NCBI GenBank assembly: GCA_001822695.1
Contig: MHSF01000023.1
Location: forward strand, 1,257-43,335
Source of the DNA: Candidatus Taylorbacteria bacterium RIFCSPLOWO2_02_FULL_44_35
GTDB taxonomy: Bacteria; Patescibacteriota; Minisyncoccia; Phycocordibacterales; DSPV01
Direction: 5' to 3'
Length of the DNA stretch: 42,079 bases
The first letter of the stretch is position 1. Every line of letters begins with the position of its first letter. A program made the translations under genes and the position numbers. A model generated the notes under the pieces. That model had not been told where the DNA came from. It did not search any database and saw nothing but the letters and a program-made list of their open reading frames with translations. Shown piece by piece: positions 1 to 9,280 of the stretch.

Positions 1-623
1 CCAAAAAGCCGGTTATTATGTCCAAAGGTATGGCAACTACGGCGGAAATTCGTTTAGCAATGAGAACTTTGCGTCAAAATGGCTGTCTTGATATTACCAT
101 CTTACAATGTGTTAGCTCTTATCCGGCGAAACCGGAAGAAATGAATTTATTGACAATCCCCGACATTGCCCGGCGGTTTAAGGTGGAGGTTGGTTTATCC
201 GACCACACCCTCGGCAATCATGTGTCGGTGGCGGCGGTGGCTTTGGGCGCTAAGATTATTGAAAAACACTTAACGCTTAGGCGCGCCGATGGCGGACCAG
301 ACGCGGTGTTCTCATTAGAACCTGCAGAATTCAAAAATCTGGTCAGTGATATCAGAGATATTGAACAAGCGCTGGGCAAAGTTAAGTATGGGCCGGGCAA
401 AGGCGAACAGGAAAACATCATTTTTCGCAAATCGCTTTTTGTTGTAAAAGATATAAAAAAGGGCGAGCGGTTCACGGCGGAAAATGTTCGCTCTATCCGT
501 CCTGGTTACGGCTTGTTACCGAAGTTTTATAGGTCGGTCTTGGGTAAAAAGGCGAAGACCGACTTGGAAAAGGGAACACCACTGGTGTTGAAAGATATTG
601 TTAAAAAGGAAAAAAGATGTTAA
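1..623 (+). CDS. pseI: pseudaminic acid synthase (PseI/NeuB family), 5' end outside window
   Basis: Reading frame is open to the window edge. Translation shows GLSDHTLG, AVALGAKIIEKH and a C-terminal SAF-type block (SLFVVKDIKKGERFT..NVRSIRPGYGL), typical of PseI/NeuB sugar-phosphate synthases. Confidence 0.8.
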   Translation, partial: KKPVIMSKGMATTAEIRLAMRTLRQNGCLDITILQCVSSYPAKPEEMNLLTIPDIARRFKVEVGLSDHTLGNHVSVAAVALGAKIIEKHLTLRRADGGPDAVFSLEPAEFKNLVSDIRDIEQALGKVKYGPGKGEQENIIFRKSLFVVKDIKKGERFTAENVRSIRPGYGLLPKFYRSVLGKKAKTDLEKGTPLVLKDIVKKEKRC

Positions 624-1669
624 GAAAAGCAACAAAAGAAGACGGCCAGAGATTGTTTGAATGGCGAAATGACCCGAAGACGCGGCAACAGTCGCTGAAT
701 ACTGCTCCAGTAGAACAGGCAGAACACGAGCGGTGGCTGACTAAGTCACTAGCTAATCCTAACCGCACACTCTTCATCTTTGAGGAAAACGGCACACCGG
801 CTGGCACTTGCCGGATAGATCGAGAAGTAGAAAAAGACGGCCGTGAGGTTTTTGAACTATCGTGGACCATCGCGCCGGAACAACGCGGTAAAGGTCTTGG
901 CAAAAAAATGCTCGGGGAACTGCTGGCTCTTGAGACCTTGCGCGGCAAGCTTGTCAAAGCCGTCATCAAAAGCGACAATCTCGCCTCGGTTAAAATGGTT
1001 GAAAAATTCGGTTTTCACTTTGACCGAGACGAGAAAGAAACCGGCATTTGGCTCCTTCAGAAGAAAACCATTGTAATTTTAGGCGGTGGATTGTTTAAGG
1101 ATTCCGATGGTCGTTGGCGGACGACTTTGGGCGAGAATCAGTCCGGACACTTTGGGGTTTTGAATGATCGCTTGCGGGTGGTGGCCTGCGCGGAATTGTG
1201 GAAAGAAAATAAAAATTCGCAAATAATTTCTTCCGGCGGACAAGGCAAATTGAAAAATATTTTACCGGTAGGTCTGACCTCGTCAAAAGTAATTAAAGAC
1301 GAGCTCTTGGAACTGGGGGTCTCCGCAAAAAATATTACGGAAGAAAATAAATCGGGAACAACTTTTGAGCAGTTAAGGGCAATTAAGGAAATGATTGAAA
1401 ACGGCAAAATTTTCGGGAACATTCATATCATTTCCAATAATTATCATTTACCGAGAATTCAAGCAATGATAGAACATTCAGACATTAGTGCTGTGTTGTC
1501 AGGAAAAATAAATTTGGTAGGCGCGGAAGATGTTTTACTTCGTCTTTTGCCTGACCAATGGAAAGAATTTATTGAACAATCAAAAAAAAGCGAGGCGATG
1601 AAAAAGCGTGTGGAAAGCGAGAAAAAGGGCGTGGAGCAAATTAAGAATGGTCTCTATAAGTTTGCGTAG
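617..1669 (+). CDS. GNAT N-acetyltransferase (PseH-like) fused to a DUF218/YdcF-like domain
   Basis: N-terminus has LFEWRNDP..H..W and QRGKGLGKKM (GNAT acetyl-CoA motif). C-terminal half has VILGGG...SSGGQG...NYHLPR, resembling DUF218. Overlaps the pseI stop by 7 nt. Confidence 0.65.
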   Translation: MLRKATKEDGQRLFEWRNDPKTRQQSLNTAPVEQAEHERWLTKSLANPNRTLFIFEENGTPAGTCRIDREVEKDGREVFELSWTIAPEQRGKGLGKKMLGELLALETLRGKLVKAVIKSDNLASVKMVEKFGFHFDRDEKETGIWLLQKKTIVILGGGLFKDSDGRWRTTLGENQSGHFGVLNDRLRVVACAELWKENKNSQIISSGGQGKLKNILPVGLTSSKVIKDELLELGVSAKNITEENKSGTTFEQLRAIKEMIENGKIFGNIHIISNNYHLPRIQAMIEHSDISAVLSGKINLVGAEDVLLRLLPDQWKEFIEQSKKSEAMKKRVESEKKGVEQIKNGLYKFA

Positions 1670-1741
1670 AAAGCGTAGAAACAAGTGTAATGTTATTATT
1701 CCAAAACCTGTTTTTATTAATATAAGATAACAAAAATAATA

Positions 1742-2554
1742 ATGAAGAATTTTTGCGGACTTTGCGGTTTCAATAATCCTAAGGGAACGGCGACCGGTAT
1801 CATTATCAAAGAAGGAAAAGTTTTGGTTGTTAAGAGAAAAGAAGAGCCGTTCAAGGGCGATTGGGATTTTCCCGGCGGCTATATGGACGCTGGCGAAACA
1901 TCGGAGCAGACGATGAAGAGGGAAATCAAAGAAGAGTTGGGTGTAGATTGCGATACCACTTTTATTGGCTGGTTCCCGGGCAATGGTTTTTGGCAAGGCA
2001 AAAAGTTTGCGGTTCTGAATCACGCTTTTTTGGTGGAACCAAAAGGTGTGTTGAAATTAAACAAGAAAGAAAACAGCATGATGAAATTTGTACCTATCAA
2101 TAAATTGAAAGATATCGCTTTTGATTCCAACAAGAATATTGCCAAATTTGTCAGGAATAATTTTTCGGTGGACTTTCCTAGATTATTGGAGTTGGTGAGG
2201 CAATTGGACGCTTCGGCAAAAGTCAATGAAAATAACTTTTACAAAGCTGTTTTGGACGGCTATATTAGTAAAAAGTTTGTGAAGGGTAAGTTGGTTGGTA
2301 TCGGCTGGATTTTTTCTCGGCGCACGCTTTTGCGAAAACAGGCGGTAATTGAAGATGTGGTGGTGGACGAAAAAGAGCGGGGCAAGGGTTTTGGCAAGGA
2401 AATCACTTTGGACCTGATGCGTTGGGCGAAAGCCACCGGCGTGGAAGTGATTGAATTGACCAGCGGTTCCCATCGTATTGCCGCTAACGAACTCTACAAA
2501 AAAGTCGGTTTCAAACTCCACCCGACTAATCACTATTTGTATTCGGTCGTCTAA
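1742..2554 (+). CDS. Nudix hydrolase fused to a GNAT acetyltransferase domain
   Basis: Nudix box GGYMDAGETSEQTMKREIKEELG in the N-terminal half. The C-terminal half carries ERGKGFGKE...ELYKKVGF, a GNAT signature. Confidence 0.7.
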   Translation: MKNFCGLCGFNNPKGTATGIIIKEGKVLVVKRKEEPFKGDWDFPGGYMDAGETSEQTMKREIKEELGVDCDTTFIGWFPGNGFWQGKKFAVLNHAFLVEPKGVLKLNKKENSMMKFVPINKLKDIAFDSNKNIAKFVRNNFSVDFPRLLELVRQLDASAKVNENNFYKAVLDGYISKKFVKGKLVGIGWIFSRRTLLRKQAVIEDVVVDEKERGKGFGKEITLDLMRWAKATGVEVIELTSGSHRIAANELYKKVGFKLHPTNHYLYSVV

Positions 2555-2640
2555 CCCTTGACTTTTGATGTCTTGAGACAAGAAGAATTCAATTTGGTTT
2601 GGGGTTGAGCAGATTAAAAAAGGCACCTATAAAACTGAAT

Positions 2641-4026
2641 CTAACGATTGACCCTGTCAAAAACGAAAGTAACGGACATCCGCCACATTTTTTTTACAAA
2701 CTCTAGGTCATTCTTGTCAAAACGCGCCAAAGCATTCCAATTGACACGGACATCCTTTACTCGGTAATGCAATTGCCAATAAACTATGGCATTGAGAATG
2801 AGCGATAAAATCAAACTATTAATAGCTAAACCCCAAAGGCCAAAGACCGGTAAAAGTAATAAATAAAATGGAATGCTGATTAATGTCGAGGCGATTTTTT
2901 GGAAAAACAAAAATTTCTGCTGGCGGAAAGCAACCAGAAAAATTGAAGCGATTACACTGAAAGCGCTGATGGGTAAAGTGATAAGCAAAAAGTAAAAGTA
3001 AGGCAAAGATACGGCGTATTTGGAGAAAAACAAATTAATTAGCGGCGGCACAAACAATACCCCAGCTAGACAAAATAATAAAGAAATAACCAGAAGATAT
3101 TTTAAACCTTGATTAAAAATTTTTTGAAGGTGCTCTTTATCAGCCATTTCCAAAGGCACCAAGGTAGAAAGTGTTTTTGTTGGGAAAGAACCGGCAATGG
3201 TACCGACAATGGTTTTAGCTACCGAAAAAATCGCCACGGCTTCGGTTCCGAGGAAAAGCTTGGTAAACCAGACTTGGGCAAAGTTGCCAAATTTAGCCGT
3301 TGCCGGCCGGAAGATTTCCCATTTGCCGTAAGAACTAAGAGCCCGATAGAGAAAACTCTCGCCAACGGCGGTCAAATGACGCCAAGGCGAATAAGAACGA
3401 ATGAACGGCGGTAAAAGGAAAATCAGGGCGATAAAATAAGCGCTGACAAAAGCAATCAGCACTTCTTTGAGCCCGAGAGTGGAAAAAAAGAAGAAATAAG
3501 ACATTAACCCCAGTTGAATAAACTTGGAGATGGAAGACCGACTGGCGATTTCTTGGAAACGTTTCCTCGCGTCCAAAGCTAATCTCAAAGAAGAAAGCAG
3601 GGCGTCATGTAAAAATAAAAAAGAAATTATTTTGATGTGAAAAATAAATTCCGGACCGAAACGGAAAGAAAACAAATCGGCGTTAAAAAAAACAAATGCC
3701 CATAATATGATGCCGGCCGTCAGACGAAAAGCCGCATTTTCCAGAAAAATTTTTTTGGCGGCCGACTCTTTGCCTTCGCCGACCAACCGCAGCAGGTCGT
3801 TTCTGACGGTTTCACCACCTAAACCAATTAATACCGCCAGCAAAGCGTAAGAAGAAAGCAACAGCTGAAAAACGCCGTATTGATAAATAGTTAGAGCGGA
3901 AATGACCAAAAAAGTGTTTATTAAACCTCCGGCGGTCGTTATTCCGCCCCAAAAACCGTAGGAAATTTCACCGCGCAAAAAAGTGCGGATAAATGGACTA
4001 GAAACCTTTTTCGGCGTTTTAGTCAT
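2641..4026 (-). CDS. polysaccharide/oligosaccharide flippase (MOP/Wzx-like multi-pass membrane protein)
   Basis: 461 aa, hydrophobic throughout with many predicted TM segments. Sits in a glycan cluster and overlaps the upstream gene by 8 nt. Confidence 0.55.
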   Translation of the reverse strand: MTKTPKKVSSPFIRTFLRGEISYGFWGGITTAGGLINTFLVISALTIYQYGVFQLLLSSYALLAVLIGLGGETVRNDLLRLVGEGKESAAKKIFLENAAFRLTAGIILWAFVFFNADLFSFRFGPEFIFHIKIISFLFLHDALLSSLRLALDARKRFQEIASRSSISKFIQLGLMSYFFFFSTLGLKEVLIAFVSAYFIALIFLLPPFIRSYSPWRHLTAVGESFLYRALSSYGKWEIFRPATAKFGNFAQVWFTKLFLGTEAVAIFSVAKTIVGTIAGSFPTKTLSTLVPLEMADKEHLQKIFNQGLKYLLVISLLFCLAGVLFVPPLINLFFSKYAVSLPYFYFLLITLPISAFSVIASIFLVAFRQQKFLFFQKIASTLISIPFYLLLLPVFGLWGLAINSLILSLILNAIVYWQLHYRVKDVRVNWNALARFDKNDLEFVKKMWRMSVTFVFDRVNR

Positions 4027-5398
4027 AAAGTTTCTTTTTTATCTCACTTACAATCCGAGCGGAATTTTTGCCGTCGGTAAAACCGAAAACCTCATGCCGC
4101 AAAATGGCTCTTTCGGCCGCGTCGCATTCCGGATGAGCGAGATAATTTTTAATAGCCGGCAAAAATTCCGCGCGCTGCTCCACGATTTTAATGCCGCCGA
4201 TTTTTGAAATCAACTGATAGTGAGTAAAGTTTTTATGCCGCCGCACCGACTGATAAATCGGCCGTTGTTTATAACCGTCAAAACCGGCAACAATTACCGG
4301 CCGATCCATCAGCGCGCCATCGGGACCGACGGTGGAATAAGTGGTTACCAGTAGATCGGCGTGGCGTAAAACATTAATATAATGTTTGAACCCCGGCAAT
4401 AGCTGACAATCCTTAGCCGAATCAAAGTAAACTAACGGGTCGCCGCGAAACCGTTCGTATTTTTCTTTCTCCATAATACCGCTGGGATGCGGTCGGACAA
4501 TCAATCTGATTTTGGTGTTTAATTCTCCCGCTCTAATCCAATTCAAAATCATTTCTACCAAATCGGCGCCATCCAAAGAATAAGGGCCTTGGGAAGCGAA
4601 TAAAATCACGATTGAATCGAGCGGAAAATTTAATCGCTTCAAAAAATCCCCGCGTGATTCCCTACTGGCTTCGCCGACAAAATAATCAACGTGCGGTCCG
4701 CCCACCACTGTTACCGATTGCGGTTCGTAACTTTGGAATTTCACCGCTTCTTCTTTAACTGGCTGGGACCACACCAGCATTCGGTCGGTTTGGAAAGGAA
4801 TAAAATATTTGCTGAAATGGTCCCAATTGCCATGCATGCCGACCGTCTTAATTCCTTGTCTTTTCGCCTCCACTAAAAGTTGTAGGTCGTTAGGCCAAAT
4901 GCAAATGTTCGGCAAAAACGCCAAAGCCGGACGGTATTTCTCAAAAAGTCCTTTATAAAGCCGTTCGGGGAAAAGCCAAAGATAAATTCTTGGCGCGAAA
5001 ATTTTTTTAATCCATTTGGATTGACCGAAGGTTTTGGAAATAAAAATTTTCAACGGGTAATTCCAAAAACGCCAAAGCGGCCGGGGTTTATCGGCCCGCA
5101 CGCCATAGGAAGAAACCAATTTCGTGGTATCGGTAAAAATCAAAAAAGAAAAGAAAAAATAAAAAGCGTTTTGAATCAAATTGCGTTTGATATTTTCCTC
5201 TATTTCTTCAATTGCAATATTAGGGTGCCCGGCAAAGTCAAACGGTAATTTTGAGCCCCTTCTGACTAAAACAATTATCCTGATATTTTCATCGCGGGAA
5301 AGCAAATCCAAAACCGAGCCCCGAAAAGAGGTCAGATTACGAAAAATCGCCACATTGGACACGCTGAAAAAAACGGTCTTCACAATGCCGAATATCAT
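4019..5398 (-). CDS. putative GT-B-like sugar/glycerophosphate transferase (TagF/capsule-biosynthesis-like)
   Basis: 459 aa. C-terminal DLLVTTYSTVGPDGALMDRPVI resembles the CDP-glycerol glycerophosphotransferase / surface carbohydrate biosynthesis families. Assignment is weak. Confidence 0.4.
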   Translation of the reverse strand: MIFGIVKTVFFSVSNVAIFRNLTSFRGSVLDLLSRDENIRIIVLVRRGSKLPFDFAGHPNIAIEEIEENIKRNLIQNAFYFFFSFLIFTDTTKLVSSYGVRADKPRPLWRFWNYPLKIFISKTFGQSKWIKKIFAPRIYLWLFPERLYKGLFEKYRPALAFLPNICIWPNDLQLLVEAKRQGIKTVGMHGNWDHFSKYFIPFQTDRMLVWSQPVKEEAVKFQSYEPQSVTVVGGPHVDYFVGEASRESRGDFLKRLNFPLDSIVILFASQGPYSLDGADLVEMILNWIRAGELNTKIRLIVRPHPSGIMEKEKYERFRGDPLVYFDSAKDCQLLPGFKHYINVLRHADLLVTTYSTVGPDGALMDRPVIVAGFDGYKQRPIYQSVRRHKNFTHYQLISKIGGIKIVEQRAEFLPAIKNYLAHPECDAAERAILRHEVFGFTDGKNSARIVSEIKKKLYD

Positions 5399-5465
5399 AG
5401 CAGTTCAAGAAAAACTTCTCAATTGTTTTTTTAATTTGGTTTTTAGTGTTATAATATTTTTATGT

Positions 5466-6128
5466 ATGAATAAAAAATTAATAAAAAAAGTAAGAAGTAA
5501 ACTACGGCCGTTTAAATTGGCAGCGATTTCGTTTGTCGAAAAAATTAAAAATCGAGTGCAACGTTTTATCTGGCCACCCCAACTCCCCCAAACTCCCGAT
5601 GGTCGGGTCTTGGTTCATATTGGTTGTGGCAATCAAAACAGCCCGGGTTGGACTAATGTTGATACCATTCCTCTACCACACATTCATTTCGTGAGTCGCG
5701 CCGAACGTCTACCCATGTTCCCATCAAATACCGCCGACTTAATTTATGCTTGTCATATTTTGGAACACATTTCCTACCTAAAATATCACGGGGTTTTAAG
5801 TGAATGGTACCGCGTACTTAAACCCGGCGGCACCCTTAGAATTTCTTTACCCGATTTTGATAAACTGATTGCTATATATAAATCAGGTAAGGGTGACAAT
5901 CTGGAATTAACTATGCCGCCGCTGATGGGTGGTCAGGACTATGAGTACAATTTTCATTGCGGCATATTTAATGAACGTTACTTGACTGATTTGTTCCTAG
6001 CCGCCGGCTTTAAGAAAGTTCGCCGCTGGGACCCCAATACCGCGCCCGATTATCCCTTCAATGATTGGGCAAAAAAATTGGCGCACGGCAAATATCCAAT
6101 CAGTTTGAACTTAGAAGCTATCAAATGA
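5466..6128 (+). CDS. class I SAM-dependent methyltransferase
   Basis: VLVHIGCGNQ (motif I) and ACHILEHISY...VLKPGGTLRISLP. The ATG at 5466 was chosen because the longer ORF from 5181 overlaps the divergent gene 4019-5398. Confidence 0.65.
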   Translation: MNKKLIKKVRSKLRPFKLAAISFVEKIKNRVQRFIWPPQLPQTPDGRVLVHIGCGNQNSPGWTNVDTIPLPHIHFVSRAERLPMFPSNTADLIYACHILEHISYLKYHGVLSEWYRVLKPGGTLRISLPDFDKLIAIYKSGKGDNLELTMPPLMGGQDYEYNFHCGIFNERYLTDLFLAAGFKKVRRWDPNTAPDYPFNDWAKKLAHGKYPISLNLEAIK

Positions 6129-6137
6129 TGACACAAT

Positions 6138-7019
6138 ATGACCGTCAAAATAAACATTGTCACCCCGACTTACAATCAAGCCCAGTTTCTGGGACAAACT
6201 ATAGAAAGTGTTTTATCTCAGGAGGGAGATTTTTATATTGATTATGTCGTCATCAATGACGGTTCAACTGATAATGGCGCGACCGAAAAAGTCATTGAGA
6301 AATACGCTCAACTTTGGCAAAGCGGCGCTGTTCCAGTAAAATGCAGGGGTGTTTCTTTTCGTCACTGGACCAGGCCAAACAAAGGTCAAACACCAACTAT
6401 CAACGAGGGTTTTCGATCGGCCAAGGGTGAGATTTTGGCTTGGATGAATTCTGACGATTATTACTTTCCGGGTGTTTTTGAGGCAGTGACAAAAGCTTTT
6501 GATAGTAACCCCGATGTTGATTTTTTTTACGGTGATACTCTGAAAGTTTACGAGGACGGCAGTCGGCCGGCAACCATTGAACCGCGGCCGCGACCAGATG
6601 AAAATTTTGAGAGTTTGCGCGGCTATGGCAACTCTTTTATCTTTAATTTTTTCACTAGAAGAATTTTTGACAAAACCGGGCCGCTTGACGAAACCCTCAA
6701 ATATTGCGTAGATTTAGACCAGTGGTTCAGGATTTTTAAAATTGGTAAAACAAAATATCTGCCTTTCACTTTGGGTGCCTTCCGATTATGGAACGGTTCA
6801 CACACTATGACGAAACAATCGGAATTTGCTAGAGAAAGAACCGTTGTCGCTAAAAGATACGGTGCCAATATTATTCCACCAAAAAAAATTTACAAATGGC
6901 GAGGTAAAATAAAACTGCTGAATTTAATGCAAGGAAAAACCCCTCGATTATATGGTGGTCTAAAAACCCTCTTTTACAAAATGCTAAACTCCTTAAGGTA
7001 CCGAGTGATAGTAAAATAA
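6138..7019 (+). CDS. family 2 glycosyltransferase
   Basis: N-terminal IVTPTYNQAQFLGQTIESVLSQ ... VINDGSTD ... NSDD, the classic GT2 (GT-A) signature. Confidence 0.8.
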   Translation: MTVKINIVTPTYNQAQFLGQTIESVLSQEGDFYIDYVVINDGSTDNGATEKVIEKYAQLWQSGAVPVKCRGVSFRHWTRPNKGQTPTINEGFRSAKGEILAWMNSDDYYFPGVFEAVTKAFDSNPDVDFFYGDTLKVYEDGSRPATIEPRPRPDENFESLRGYGNSFIFNFFTRRIFDKTGPLDETLKYCVDLDQWFRIFKIGKTKYLPFTLGAFRLWNGSHTMTKQSEFARERTVVAKRYGANIIPPKKIYKWRGKIKLLNLMQGKTPRLYGGLKTLFYKMLNSLRYRVIVK

Positions 7020-7021
7020 AA

Positions 7022-7044
7022 GGGCGCTTCCTATGGAAGCGCCC
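7022..7044. terminator. hairpin between convergent genes (GGGCGCTTCC tat GGAAGCGCCC)
   Basis: Perfect 10-bp GC-rich stem. A T-run follows on the minus-strand reading (TTTTATTTT). Confidence 0.5.
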
Positions 7045-7063
7045 CGATGGAACGGCAAGGCAA

Positions 7064-9001
7064 CTAGCGCCAACTGACTGGTTTTAGAAGAGCTCGGCCA
7101 TCGTGCCGACCAAACCAGACGACTTGGCGAGCGAATTCTTTCTTGTCACCAAGATAATCCACTGTTTCTACGAACAAAGTCTGAGACTTCATTTCTATGG
7201 TCGCTGGAACATCACGGAGCAAACAATCGAAATACTCCGGCAGACTGCGGGAGAATTGAAACTCTCTTTGCTTCTGGGAATCCCAACTGGCCATTCGAAC
7301 AGACTGATAGAGAATTACCTCCGATACCTCAACGGCGTCAAAAGCTATTCCCCTTCTTTCCAAGAGTTCGGAAACGAGAATTTCAAACTCCTGATAGAAC
7401 TGCGCTAATCTACCGGAAATTCTCAAGAAGGTAGCTTCTTCAATTTGCCAGGAAATCTCACCGAATTCGTCCAGAAAGACGAATTGCGGTTTGCCGGACA
7501 AAATATCTCTAATGTGACTGGTAAAATGACTAAACTCTCCAGCAAATGTCGGGAAATGTTCAGCGTCCATTCCCTTTTCAATTAAATGTTCGAGTAACTC
7601 GGTGTATTTAATTCCGAATCGATTGAACAAATAAAGAGCGACAAGGAAACCGAGCTTAAGACCGTGAACGGTTCGCACTAGCCAGGCAAACACAACTGCT
7701 CGTTGCCAATCGGCTGGTGGCATTGATTTGGTTGCTACTACTATTTCTTCGTATTCAACCACTTCACCCAACCTCCTCCGAAGAGCGTGTTGCTCAACCA
7801 ATTCAAGCCGCTTCGTCTGGATACCATTCTCTAAGACATAATCTGGGTCAGCCATTCTGGTGTTCGGTAATACTTGACAAAGGTAAATCTCGACCTGGTC
7901 ATAAAGACCAGCTCTAAGAACTTCCTCGATGCCGCGTTTGAAACTTTCATAGGTTTCGCCGGGCAAACCAAGAATCAGTTCCGTGTAGACCGGCATTTTA
8001 TCACGCCGATAGCGTTTTAGCAGTTCCCGATAAGTGCTAATCTTTATGTTACTCCGACCAATATTAGCGAGAGTTGTGGGATCGGTACTTTGAAAAGAAA
8101 CCGTAACGCTTTTTAACAATCCATTTGCCTCAAGCACTTTCGCCGTTTCAAAAACTCTATCCGTAGCATTCTTTCCAAAACAGACACGAAAGGACTTAGG
8201 GAAATCCCATTGCTGTTTGGCAGCAACGAATAACTCTGCGATCTGGCGATCTCTCAGCAACATGCCGAAATTAGCATCGGCGCCAAAAACATACGATACT
8301 TTCTTTTCCGCCAGCCACTGGATTTCCCGCTCAAGCCGCGTCATTTCGAATGTCCTAACTTTGACAATGCCATTACCCCAGTAGCAAAAGGCGCAATGAA
8401 ACGGGCAACCACGGTTGGTTTCCAGAATCATTTGGTACTGAATCCCTTCCCGATGATTCAGAAAATCATCATAAAACCCCGCTAAATACGGCGAGGGCAA
8501 TTGATTGATATCCACCAGCTCCCGACCTCTGGTTCGAATGATTTCGCCGGTCACCGGGTGACGGTAGACCAAGCCATCCACTTTTGAAAAATCCCTTCCG
8601 TCAAGAAAAGCGGTAAGCACTTCGGCAAAAGTGACTTCGCCTTCGCTTAGAACCGCCACATCAACGAATGGATTTTGTTCCAAAAAGGTTTTCGTTTCAG
8701 CTGGAATATGCGGCCCGCCGAAAACAATCAACACTTTTGGATTAAGTTGGCGGGCTTGTTTCGCCAACGCCAGATTCAGTTCATGATTCCACATTGATGA
8801 AGAAAAAGCCAAGACAGCCGGGTTATCCCAAGCTGCTATGATTTTACTTGGCTGACTCCGCACAAAAAGAAAAGGCATGAACTCGTAGTTTCCTGCAATT
8901 TGTGGCAAGGTTTCCGCGTAAGCTCTCAACATACCGGAAACATTGGGCAAATAAACCCTATCGCCCATCAGAACGTTGAATTCGTGAAAGTAAACCTTCA
9001 T
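7064..9001 (-). CDS. B12-binding domain radical SAM protein
   Basis: CPFHCAFCYWG (CxxxCxxC) preceded by an N-terminal Rossmann-like B12-binding region (LIVFGGPH). The ATG at 9001 (MKVYF) or 9007 is preferred over the TTG at 9031, which lies in a terminator T-run. Confidence 0.8.
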   Translation of the reverse strand: MKVYFHEFNVLMGDRVYLPNVSGMLRAYAETLPQIAGNYEFMPFLFVRSQPSKIIAAWDNPAVLAFSSSMWNHELNLALAKQARQLNPKVLIVFGGPHIPAETKTFLEQNPFVDVAVLSEGEVTFAEVLTAFLDGRDFSKVDGLVYRHPVTGEIIRTRGRELVDINQLPSPYLAGFYDDFLNHREGIQYQMILETNRGCPFHCAFCYWGNGIVKVRTFEMTRLEREIQWLAEKKVSYVFGADANFGMLLRDRQIAELFVAAKQQWDFPKSFRVCFGKNATDRVFETAKVLEANGLLKSVTVSFQSTDPTTLANIGRSNIKISTYRELLKRYRRDKMPVYTELILGLPGETYESFKRGIEEVLRAGLYDQVEIYLCQVLPNTRMADPDYVLENGIQTKRLELVEQHALRRRLGEVVEYEEIVVATKSMPPADWQRAVVFAWLVRTVHGLKLGFLVALYLFNRFGIKYTELLEHLIEKGMDAEHFPTFAGEFSHFTSHIRDILSGKPQFVFLDEFGEISWQIEEATFLRISGRLAQFYQEFEILVSELLERRGIAFDAVEVSEVILYQSVRMASWDSQKQREFQFSRSLPEYFDCLLRDVPATIEMKSQTLFVETVDYLGDKKEFARQVVWFGRHDGRALLKPVSWR

Positions 9002-9031
9002 AATCATAATAATGTTAAAGTTCGGTCCCAA

Positions 9032-9052
9032 AAAACGGCGTTTTGCCGTTTT
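9032..9052 (-). terminator. intrinsic-terminator-like hairpin AAAACGGC/GCCGTTTT
   Basis: 8-bp stem followed by TTTTTT on the minus strand, downstream of the 9281-11473 gene. Confidence 0.5.
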
Positions 9053-9280
9053 GTCTACTCTCTAAGATAAACCTTGCCGGAATTAAAGTCAACCGAAAAA
9101 TTTTTTCGCAAACAGCGAGGTCGTCTCTTTCGGAAGAAACATAAAAGAAAATTGGCATCCAGCAAATCAAGATGATGATAAATGATATTTTCCGCACATC
9201 TCCCCGATAATATCATCCAAACCGTAAGTCAGACGCCATTCCGGATGCAGTGTACCCATTTTTTTAGATACCAATCCTGT

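Noticed and set aside
5181-5465. N-terminal extension of the methyltransferase ORF
   Set aside because: It overlaps the 5' end of the divergent gene 4019-5398 and is not protein-like. An ATG at 5466 with an upstream TATAAT is a better start.
9002-9031. TTG start at 9031 for the radical SAM gene
   Set aside because: The codon lies in the T-run of terminator hairpin 9032-9052. The ATG codons at 9007 and 9001 are more plausible.
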